A DNA stretch of 64,000 nucleotides from assembly GCA_963706575.1 (NCBI GenBank), contig CAVPNL010000012.1, forward strand, positions 1-64,000, written 5' to 3'. How positions within the stretch are numbered: position 1 is the first letter of the stretch; each line of letters opens with the position of its first letter. Made by a program: the position numbers and the translations under genes. This stretch comes from an uncultured delta proteobacterium (GTDB lineage: Bacteria; Desulfobacterota; Desulfobacteria; Desulfobacterales; JAHEIW01). Shown here piece by piece: positions 56,165 through 64,000 of this stretch. The notes beneath the pieces were generated by a model. That model searched no databases and had not been told where the DNA came from. It was given only the letters and a program-made list of their open reading frames with translations.

Positions 56165-57568
56165 TTAAATTTTAATATACTTTTCAAGCCGGATTCGCTT
56201 CAATATTTCCTCGGGAACCGCTGCTTTTGGTAGGTAAGCACGGTCCAGGGGCCGGGTGGCATCGATGACCATGCCCGACCCTCTGGTTTCCTGTTTGAGA
56301 GAAGGATCCAGCAATTGACCCTGTATGTTGTTTAAGATGGTCAGATCTGAGTCCGCCTGGCAGCAGCATGCTATGGCCCACATGACCGCTTTGGCGTCTC
56401 CAGGATCAATGTCCGCATCCACCACGATGACATGTTTTATAAAATTGCTGGCACTCAGTGCGGCCATGGCTGCGCGCATGGGCTCGCCTTCGGTTTTTTT
56501 TTGCATGCTAATCACCATATGAAAGGGGCCGCCGGAACTCAACCAGCAAACATCTTTTACACCCGGTATGGCCTGCTTAGCCCTTTGAAAGATGCTGGCC
56601 TCAATCGGGAAATGGGCATTGAGATGATCCAGATGGGCGCCGAAAACACAGTGCATGATGGGTTGTTTACGACAGGAAATGGCTCTGGCGCGAAAAAGCC
56701 ATGAGACCCGCTGAGCCCCGATCAAACGTGTAAACTCTCCGAAAGGTCCTTCAATGGTTCGTTTTTGAGGGACGATTTCGCCCTCGATCACCGCCTCTGC
56801 GTCAGCGGGAATGAGCAGACGATCCCCATAGGTTTCAGAAGGCACGACTCTCAACGGCTGGCCCAGGAGACCGCCGGCGACTTCATATTCGTCATCCTCC
56901 AGATGCGTGAGCGCCGACGCGGCAAGCATAAAGCCCATATGGTGCCCGAGAACAACACCGATGGGCAAGGGTTTGCCTCTGGATTCGGCTTCTTGAAAAT
57001 ATGTCCACAGGTGCCGGGGAGACATGTAAATGGCCATGTGATGGGAATCCATATACATCATACGGTTCCACGATGTGTTGTAGCGTTTTTTGTCAGGGGC
57101 TCGGGTCACTACGACCGGTGTCAGGTAAGGTCCGCCGTCCTGGGCATTGTGTCGCATGATCGGCAGGTCTGCCAGGTCCAGCGACGCCTCGCGAATGACG
57201 ACTTCTTTGACAGGTGCCTCTGCAGATTCAACCACGGTTACGGGGTAGCGCTGTTTGGAAATTTTCAGGTAGTGTTCAAAGAGCGCCGCCCGTTGAGAAA
57301 TTTCCCGGTCCCATGATACGGCGATCTTTTCATGTGTCGTAAAGGCATGGCTCAGCAACTGAAACTTCGTCGGCTCGCCTTTCACACTGGTGACCTTCTC
57401 GAAAAGGACGGCCTCCAGTTTCCCGCGTTCTTCCAGCTTATGCAGGATTGCTGAAACTTCAAACTGCGCGGGCTGCACCTTGCGGGATACCGTTAACGGC
57501 TCACCGGGAATTCGGGTTTTAAGATCATTTAACCAGCTGCGCAGGTCTTTTGGCATGTCATTCTCCAC
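56165..57568 (-). CDS. ubiD: UbiD-family (prFMN-dependent) decarboxylase
   Basis: DGGPY, WNR, PADAEAVIEG, EGPFGEF, VDADID, LDPS and IDAT motifs. Confidence 0.93.
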   Translation of the reverse strand: MENDMPKDLRSWLNDLKTRIPGEPLTVSRKVQPAQFEVSAILHKLEERGKLEAVLFEKVTSVKGEPTKFQLLSHAFTTHEKIAVSWDREISQRAALFEHYLKISKQRYPVTVVESAEAPVKEVVIREASLDLADLPIMRHNAQDGGPYLTPVVVTRAPDKKRYNTSWNRMMYMDSHHMAIYMSPRHLWTYFQEAESRGKPLPIGVVLGHHMGFMLAASALTHLEDDEYEVAGGLLGQPLRVVPSETYGDRLLIPADAEAVIEGEIVPQKRTIEGPFGEFTRLIGAQRVSWLFRARAISCRKQPIMHCVFGAHLDHLNAHFPIEASIFQRAKQAIPGVKDVCWLSSGGPFHMVISMQKKTEGEPMRAAMAALSASNFIKHVIVVDADIDPGDAKAVMWAIACCCQADSDLTILNNIQGQLLDPSLKQETRGSGMVIDATRPLDRAYLPKAAVPEEILKRIRLEKYIKI

Positions 57569-57582
57569 AGGCTACCGAGCGT

Positions 57583-59196
57583 TTACTCAAGGTTTGACCA
57601 CAGGGTTTGCGGATCCGGCGGATCCCACCAGATTTTTAACTTAAGGTCTTCACAAATGACTCTGGCAGCATTGTAACCTGGAGCTCCGGTGATATTTCCG
57701 AAGGGATGGGTGCTTGATCCGCATAGATACAGCCTTTCAATCGGTGTTCGATATGGTTTAATCTCCGGGAATGGCCGATTATCGAGCATTTGATCATGCA
57801 GGGCTCTTCCCACGCAATGATCCCCGTATCGCATATTAATCAGTTTTCTTTCAACATCCAGCGGCGTAAATATGTAGTGAGCGATAATGTTGTCCCGGTT
57901 GAGATTGGGTGCATATTGTCTCCACCGCTCAAGGCAGACTTCCATGTAGTCTTCTTTGATGGTGTCCCATTCCTCGGCACCGCCTTTATTTAGGCGATAG
58001 GGAGCCATCTGCCAGAGAAAAGCGGTGTGCTTGCCTGCCGGTGCCTGGATCGGATCGTGCAGCGTGGGTTGCGCACACTGCATGCCCGGTTTTTGGGGAG
58101 GCTTTCCGGCATCGATTTCTTTTTCATGCGCGAAATAATCTTCCAAACACTCCAAGCCAATATTATAGTTGAAACCCTGATTGATATCCGGATCGAATTC
58201 AGCTGCGGTATAATGCAGGGGTTCATTCAGCGCTAGATGAACGCCGAAAAGCGGAAACTTGGAGAATTTAAACCCCTTTACTTTTTCAGCAAAATTGGAT
58301 TCCAGGTTGTCCTCTCCCACCAGTTCAAGAAACGTTTGCGGTACATCCACTGAACTGGCAACCAGCTTGGCGGCTTTTATTTTCCGCCCGTCATTCATGA
58401 TTACCCCCACAGCGCGGCCCGCTTCGATAATAATCTCGCGCACATGGGCCGCCTCTCGAATTTTGCCGCCGTGGGTTTCAACAAATTTAGAAATGCCATG
58501 TGCCAGGTAATGTGACCCGCCTTTGCACATGCTTCCCCTGAGGCCACCAATCATGGCCGCGGCAACATTGAAACCCAATCCCGGCTCATGTGCCAGAAAC
58601 ATACGGGTGGTCACCAGGAAGATAATCATTGCCTGCATTTGTTCGCTTTCGAAAAACTCTTTTGTTAAAGCCACCGGTGATTTTTCACTCAGGGCAAGAT
58701 ACTCACGGCCCAGCCCACTTTTTCCCAATAAAGCCTTTTTTTCTGCAAATGGAATCGGCGGTGAATAACTTTCGGGTGTAATAATTTTGTCACTTATTTC
58801 CTGGAAAAGAGACATGAGCTTACGGTAGGTACGGGCATCCTTTTCAGAAAAATAAGAAATATTTTTGATGGTTTTTTCCAGGTCACTATGAAACACGAGG
58901 CATTTGCCGTTGCCGTAGGGAGCGACTGTTTGGACATTGGGCATGATCATGCGAATTCCGAAATGCTCCAGCTCCAAATCCCGGTACCACGGAAGATCCG
59001 GCACCCATCTGAGAAAAAACGAATGCAAATTGTGATAAAATCCCGGAACCGTTATCTCCTCTGTACAGAGCCCGCCACCGGGCTCCATACGTCGTTCTAA
59101 AACCAGGGTACTCAAACCTGCCTTTCTCAGGTAGGCGGCCAGAATTTGACCATTATGCCCGCCACCGATAATGATGGCATCAAAAATCTCTTCCAT
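57583..59196 (-). CDS. Phytoene-dehydrogenase-like FAD oxidoreductase A
   Basis: GGGHNG, APAGKHT and YRTPIERLYLCGSSTHPFG motifs. Confidence 0.9.
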   Translation of the reverse strand: MEEIFDAIIIGGGHNGQILAAYLRKAGLSTLVLERRMEPGGGLCTEEITVPGFYHNLHSFFLRWVPDLPWYRDLELEHFGIRMIMPNVQTVAPYGNGKCLVFHSDLEKTIKNISYFSEKDARTYRKLMSLFQEISDKIITPESYSPPIPFAEKKALLGKSGLGREYLALSEKSPVALTKEFFESEQMQAMIIFLVTTRMFLAHEPGLGFNVAAAMIGGLRGSMCKGGSHYLAHGISKFVETHGGKIREAAHVREIIIEAGRAVGVIMNDGRKIKAAKLVASSVDVPQTFLELVGEDNLESNFAEKVKGFKFSKFPLFGVHLALNEPLHYTAAEFDPDINQGFNYNIGLECLEDYFAHEKEIDAGKPPQKPGMQCAQPTLHDPIQAPAGKHTAFLWQMAPYRLNKGGAEEWDTIKEDYMEVCLERWRQYAPNLNRDNIIAHYIFTPLDVERKLINMRYGDHCVGRALHDQMLDNRPFPEIKPYRTPIERLYLCGSSTHPFGNITGAPGYNAARVICEDLKLKIWWDPPDPQTLWSNLE

Positions 59197-59213
59197 GTTC
59201 GTCTCATTCCTGG

Positions 59214-59939
59214 TTAATTAATTTGCTTCTGGGTCCGCTTTCCACCTAAATAGGCCTCCTGGACCTTTTGGTTGGCATAAAGCTCATCGCCGCTACCCTC
59301 TAAGACGATATTGCCGTTTTCGAGAACATATCCACGGTCGGCAATTTTCAGGGCCTTGCGGGCGTTTTGCTCTACTAAAAGAATGGCGACATCTTCACTT
59401 TTGAGTGCTCGAATTCTGGAAAAAACTTCATTTACCAGCATCGGCGCCAGTCCCAGAGAGGGTTCGTCCATCATTATCAACGTTGGTTTGGCCATCAGCG
59501 CGCGTCCGATCGCCAACATCTGCTGTTCGCCACCGCTGAGTGTTCTGCCCAGCTGGTGTTGCCGCTGTTGGAGAATCGGAAATATCTGGAAGACCTCCGG
59601 CAGGGACTGTTTTAAATCTTCGCTTGCCCTGGTGAATCCGCCCATCAGGAGATTCTCCATAACTGTCATCTCACTAAAAATTTCGCGTCCTTCCTGAATC
59701 AGAGAAATCCCCTGGCGCACAATTTTGTGAGGCGCCAAACGGACGATATTTTTTCCTTTGAAGAGAATCTCCCCCTTGCGAGGTACAAGAATCCCTGAAA
59801 TAGTGCCCAGCAGGGTTGATTTGCCGGCACCATTGGCGCCGATGAGCGTGACAATCTCTCCCGTTTTGACCTCAAGATCAACGCCCTTCAACACCTGTAT
59901 GGCGCCATAACCGGCTTCAATGCCTTTGACTGCAAGCAT
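59214..59939 (-). CDS. livF: HAAT ABC transporter ATPase
   Basis: GANGAGKST; LSGGEQQM; DEPSLGLAP. Confidence 0.93.
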   Translation of the reverse strand: MLAVKGIEAGYGAIQVLKGVDLEVKTGEIVTLIGANGAGKSTLLGTISGILVPRKGEILFKGKNIVRLAPHKIVRQGISLIQEGREIFSEMTVMENLLMGGFTRASEDLKQSLPEVFQIFPILQQRQHQLGRTLSGGEQQMLAIGRALMAKPTLIMMDEPSLGLAPMLVNEVFSRIRALKSEDVAILLVEQNARKALKIADRGYVLENGNIVLEGSGDELYANQKVQEAYLGGKRTQKQIN

Positions 59940-59946
59940 AGATAAC

Positions 59947-60696
59947 CTACTCTTCCTCTCGTCCCAGATAGGCCTCTATGACGGCCTCACTGGTCTGAAT
60001 TTCTACAGGCGTACCCTTAGCGATCACGGATCCAAAGTTCAGCACGGATATATAATCGCAGATGCCCATAACGATATTCATGTCATGCTCGATCAACATG
60101 ATGGTCTGGCCCATATCCCGGATATCCTGGATCCTTTCCAACAGATCCTCGGTTTCTACCTCGTTCATGCCTGCAGCCGGTTCATCCAACAGCAAAAGCT
60201 CGGGGGCCAGCGCAAGTGCTCGTGCAATTTCCAGGCGTCGCTGGTCGCCGTATGCCAGGCTGATGCTCGGTTCATTTCGTTTTCCCCAGAGCCCCATTTT
60301 TTGCAATAAAACTTCGGCCTCTTCCTGTAATTTTCTCTCCCTGGCACTTAGAAGCTGGACCAGACTGAGAATGCCGGATCGTGCTCTGATATTCTGAGCC
60401 ACCAGCACATTATCCATAACGGTCATGGTGCCAAAAAGTCGAATGTTTTGAAATGTACGCGCGATTCCCAGTCTGGCAATTTTGTTGGGCGGCAGTCGGG
60501 TTAATTCCTTTCCGGAGAACCGGATTGAGCCCTCGGTTGCGGGTAAGAGGCCGGTAATGATATTGAATAGCGTTGTTTTCCCAGCGCCATTGGGGCCGAT
60601 GAGTCCATAAATCTGTTTTTCCTTCACCTCTAAACCAATATCATTAAGGGCCGTCAATCCGCCGAAATTTTTGGTGACGTTGGCAATCTCCAGCAT
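59947..60696 (-). CDS. livG: HAAT ABC transporter ATPase
   Basis: GPNGAGKTT; LAYGDQR; DEPAAG; EHDM. Confidence 0.93.
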   Translation of the reverse strand: MLEIANVTKNFGGLTALNDIGLEVKEKQIYGLIGPNGAGKTTLFNIITGLLPATEGSIRFSGKELTRLPPNKIARLGIARTFQNIRLFGTMTVMDNVLVAQNIRARSGILSLVQLLSARERKLQEEAEVLLQKMGLWGKRNEPSISLAYGDQRRLEIARALALAPELLLLDEPAAGMNEVETEDLLERIQDIRDMGQTIMLIEHDMNIVMGICDYISVLNFGSVIAKGTPVEIQTSEAVIEAYLGREEE

Positions 60697-61551
60697 TCAG
60701 GCACCTGCCTTTCGAAAAATTCCGGAAACGAGTTCCTCGACCCGTCTTACCATCATGGGTGTAATGATCCCGGAGGGCCGGAAAATTAGCATCAACACCA
60801 GAACGGCACCATATAAACTCAGACGCCAGTCCTGCATGAAGCGCAGCATTTCGGGCAATATGCTGAAAATAATGGCCCCCACGACAGCACCCCAGAAGGT
60901 ATACATCCCCCCTAAGATGACGTATAGGATGGCCATGGTCGATACCAGAATATGGAAGCTGTTCGATTCGATGTAAAACATGTAATGAGCGTAAAGGCCG
61001 CCGGCCACGCCTGCAATAAAAGCGCCCAGCCAGAAGGCACCGAGTTTCAACAGCTTAACATTTAGTCCGATGGAACTGGCCACTTCCGGGTCGTCCCGTA
61101 CCGCAGCCAAAGAGCGTCCCAGACGCGAATGGCTCAGGAGCCAGAAGAATAGGATAAATGCCAGCACCCAGCCGAATATCATCGGCACAGTGGCTCCGAT
61201 CGGGCCGCGGAAACCATAAGCGCCTCCGGTAGGTTCAAAATTTAAGAAAAAGGTGCGAACGACTTCGCCAAAGCCGAAGGTGGCCATGACGATATATAGA
61301 CCCGAAAGCCTGAGGACCGGAATTCCGACCAGCAGGCCCATAAAACCAGCGACCAGAGCGCCGATGACAATGGCGGGAAATATGGCCAGGCCGGTTTTGA
61401 CCGTAAGATAGGCGGAAGTGTAGGCACCGATCGCCATGAATCCCGCATTTCCAAGTGAAACCTGATCTGTGGATATGATGGCATACACGCTCAGCGCCAT
61501 CAGGATGTTAACGCCCATAAGGGCCACGACCCCCTGCATGTAAACGCTCAT
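60697..61551 (-). CDS. livM: HAAT ABC permease
   Basis: SLGNAGFMAIGAY; ATFGFGE; TGG. Confidence 0.9.
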   Translation of the reverse strand: MSVYMQGVVALMGVNILMALSVYAIISTDQVSLGNAGFMAIGAYTSAYLTVKTGLAIFPAIVIGALVAGFMGLLVGIPVLRLSGLYIVMATFGFGEVVRTFFLNFEPTGGAYGFRGPIGATVPMIFGWVLAFILFFWLLSHSRLGRSLAAVRDDPEVASSIGLNVKLLKLGAFWLGAFIAGVAGGLYAHYMFYIESNSFHILVSTMAILYVILGGMYTFWGAVVGAIIFSILPEMLRFMQDWRLSLYGAVLVLMLIFRPSGIITPMMVRRVEELVSGIFRKAGA

Positions 61552-61563
61552 TGCCGCTAGCTC

Positions 61564-62430
61564 CTATGCTCCCTGTTGTTTGGCCCCGAACAGCCCCTGG
61601 GGCCTGAAAACAATAAATATGAAAAATAAGCCAAAGAGAATGATATCGCGGTAGCTGGCCGTAAAGTAGGCATCGTTCATAATTTCGATAATCCCGATCA
61701 GCAGTCCGCCGATCATCGCTCCTCGCAGGTTACCCACTCCGCCGATGACCATTGCGACCATGCCGATGAGTCCCTGGCGAATTCCGATAAAAGGCGTGAT
61801 CTGTGAATAGACCAGGGCGGTCAGAACGCCTGCCACCCCCGCCAGTGCTCCGGAGGAAAAAAAGGTGAAGATAATGACCCTATTGGTGTCAACTCCCAGC
61901 AAACTGGCGGTCTGGGGCTTTTCGGATGTTGCCCGCATGGCACGCCCGAAGGCGGTTTTCATGACAAACAGATCGATGGCCACCATCAGTCCCAGTGATA
62001 TTGCTATGATAAGGATGTCGATGGATGAGACCAGAATAGGGCCGATCTGATACTGGGCCAGCTCGGTGGTTTGGGGGTAGCGCGAAGGTTCGGAGCCCCA
62101 GATCTGGGTGGCTACGTTCTGCAGCAGAATGCCAAAGGCAATCGTGCTGAGCAGGGGCATCAAAAAATGCGTTTTGCGCAGCGGTCGAAAACAAACGCGT
62201 TCGATCAGGATGGCCATCAACCCGGCTCCTAACATGGCCAGAAAAAAAGCCAGCGGCAACGGGACGCCTAAAGTGGCAAAACTGAGCCCCAGAAAGGCGC
62301 CGAACATGAAAACATCCCCATGGGCGATGTTCAACATCTGAAGAAGTCCCAGCACGAGTGTAAAACCGATGGCGATTAGAGAGTAGGTGCTGCCCAGTGT
62401 CAATCCATTGACAAGTTGTTGCAGAAACAT
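61564..62430 (-). CDS. livH: HAAT ABC permease
   Basis: QQLVNGL; NIAHGD; GRAMRA; RPQGLFG. Confidence 0.9.
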   Translation of the reverse strand: MFLQQLVNGLTLGSTYSLIAIGFTLVLGLLQMLNIAHGDVFMFGAFLGLSFATLGVPLPLAFFLAMLGAGLMAILIERVCFRPLRKTHFLMPLLSTIAFGILLQNVATQIWGSEPSRYPQTTELAQYQIGPILVSSIDILIIAISLGLMVAIDLFVMKTAFGRAMRATSEKPQTASLLGVDTNRVIIFTFFSSGALAGVAGVLTALVYSQITPFIGIRQGLIGMVAMVIGGVGNLRGAMIGGLLIGIIEIMNDAYFTASYRDIILFGLFFIFIVFRPQGLFGAKQQGA

Positions 62431-62498
62431 CACGATCTCCGGCAAAAGATTTTCCAGGGGCGGTGCGAATGACCGCCCCTGATTAATTGAGCGCAATA

Positions 62499-63707
62499 TT
62501 ACGGCCTGCTGATGGGTACCCAGTGACCCCCTTTGATTTCAAAGACGTGTACATCTTTGATGCCATCGCCGTCTTCATTGAAGCCTCTGCTGGCGACCCC
62601 TTTGAAATCATTAAGCTTGGTGAAATACTGCATGATTTTTTCTCTGTCACCTGCAAGCGCATCGGGCTTATTGGTGACGCCTGTCTTCTGAATGGCCTCT
62701 ACGATCATAAAAACCGCATCATAGGCATTTACGGGATAATAATCCGGCGTAGCCGTATAAGGACTGGCATACATTGTTTTGGCACGTTTTTCGTAAGCCG
62801 CGATGAACTTCTTGCTGTCCTCAGATGCCAGGCTGAGGTGCCATATCGTTCCCGAAAACGTTCCCATGACGGCCTCGCCGCCCAGTTCAGGAACCTCTCC
62901 CTCCATAATGGGGGCGGTGCTCATAAAAGGCTGCTTCAGACCCTGCCGGCGGGCCTCCGTAATGATATTGAGCGCATCCGGCCCTAAAGCACCCATCCCG
63001 ATCCCATCCGGATTCATGGCTTTGAGTTTGGTAATCTGAGCTTTGAACTGAGTGTCATTGGTCTGGAAGGTAACCGGCTCGTCTCCGGTCATAACGTCAA
63101 TCCCCAGCTTTTTAAACGTCGGCGGCAGCACTTTAGTTCCAACGGCCTTGGATACGGCGTCCTTTATATCTGTGATAATGGCAACCTTTTTAATATTGTA
63201 TCTTTCCTTAAATGCAGAGATCACCGCCCCGGCTATTTTATCTTCTGTTAGCGTGTTGCGGAACGCATACGGACGATTGGCAGCTGCAAGTCCCGGCTTG
63301 GATGAAGCCACCGCAACCTGGACGATTTTAAGCTGATTTCCCAGGGGAAATGTTGTTTCGGCCACCGAACTATAATGCGGCCCGACAATCGCAATCACCT
63401 TATGGTCACCCGCCAGCTTGCGCACGACATTGACCGCTTCCTGAGGGTTGCTGGCCGTATCCTCGACAAACAGTTTCAGCTGCAAGCCGCCAACTCCGCC
63501 CATAGCATTGATAACATCTACAGCCGCCTGAGCGCCAATGGCCTCACGTTTGCCGACATTGGCACCATGGCCCGTAATCGGCACCGCCACGCCGATTTTG
63601 ATCTCCTTGCCCTCCAATGCCTGGGCGGTAGAGGATGTATAAAAAGTAACGGCTGACACGAATAAAACCAAAATCGCCAACATGATAATTCTGCTTTTCT
63701 TTTTCAT
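62499..63707 (-). CDS. livK: HAAT ABC substrate-binding protein
   Basis: Signal peptide; IKIG...PITG; INAMGG; YDAV. Confidence 0.88.
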   Translation of the reverse strand: MKKKSRIIMLAILVLFVSAVTFYTSSTAQALEGKEIKIGVAVPITGHGANVGKREAIGAQAAVDVINAMGGVGGLQLKLFVEDTASNPQEAVNVVRKLAGDHKVIAIVGPHYSSVAETTFPLGNQLKIVQVAVASSKPGLAAANRPYAFRNTLTEDKIAGAVISAFKERYNIKKVAIITDIKDAVSKAVGTKVLPPTFKKLGIDVMTGDEPVTFQTNDTQFKAQITKLKAMNPDGIGMGALGPDALNIITEARRQGLKQPFMSTAPIMEGEVPELGGEAVMGTFSGTIWHLSLASEDSKKFIAAYEKRAKTMYASPYTATPDYYPVNAYDAVFMIVEAIQKTGVTNKPDALAGDREKIMQYFTKLNDFKGVASRGFNEDGDGIKDVHVFEIKGGHWVPISRP

Positions 63708-64000
63708 GATCTTAATCCTCCTTTGCTTGTGTTAAGTGGAATACTTTTGGCCTCCTTTGTCAGTTCAAGCTTTATCAACAGGTTTAATGTCGGATTACCG
63801 TTTGGTTCCCATTGACGCGTGCGATAGTAATCATCTAGTAATCGATCGAGTTCAACAACATGTCCCCTGGCCGGGCCTTGCGGCATGGGCTCATCTAAAA
63901 GCCTGGGTGGCAGGGTATCCTCTTTGCGGGAAAATCCCTCACGAATGTTAAATAATCTTTCCAGATTCCAAATTCGGTCACCGGCCTCCATCAGCGACTC
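63704..64000 (-). CDS. Aldehyde:ferredoxin oxidoreductase, C-terminal part (5' end outside window)
   Basis: RIWNLERLFNIREG...DTLPPRL...YY...W...G.PT. Confidence 0.85.
   Translation of the reverse strand, partial: ESLMEAGDRIWNLERLFNIREGFSRKEDTLPPRLLDEPMPQGPARGHVVELDRLLDDYYRTRQWEPNGNPTLNLLIKLELTKEAKSIPLNTSKGGLRS

Noticed and set aside
53287..59196. Carotenoid biosynthesis cluster
   Set aside because: No phytoene synthase or prenyltransferase; the context is catabolic

Overview
Chromosomal window from an anaerobic bacterium, most likely Desulfobacterota/Desulfobacterales (inferred from gene content, sigma-54 sites and intergenic repeat types; not verified). I found no rRNA, tRNA, CRISPR array or intact transposase. 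It is a mosaic accessory region with six themes. (i) Amine and amino-acid metabolism: IlvE, a pyrrolysine-free MttB, a corrinoid protein plus a pyrrolysine-free MtmB, an ornithine cyclodeaminase-family enzyme, a ProC-like protein, and class III and IV aminotransferases. (ii) Two separate MinD/FlhG-ATPase + bactofilin pairs. (iii) Two exported caspase-like proteins, one in an AT-rich islet beside a comM relic. (iv) An orphan two-domain PD-(D/E)xK nuclease and an FHA/M48-TerB/PilZ/TerB cluster. (v) A tightly packed catabolic operon of more than 11 kb: AOR, Liv-type ABC transporter, two phytoene-dehydrogenase-like flavoproteins, UbiD with a small Zn-ribbon protein, a MocF/CinA-like protein and CoxG. 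(vi) Features absent from the ORF track: a truncated probable selenoprotein with a SECIS-like hairpin and a competing stem, deletion relics, small ORFs, a repeated promoter-leader-terminator motif and several MITE/REP families. Six +1 frameshifts may be assembly errors. All family assignments are from motif recognition, not database searches.
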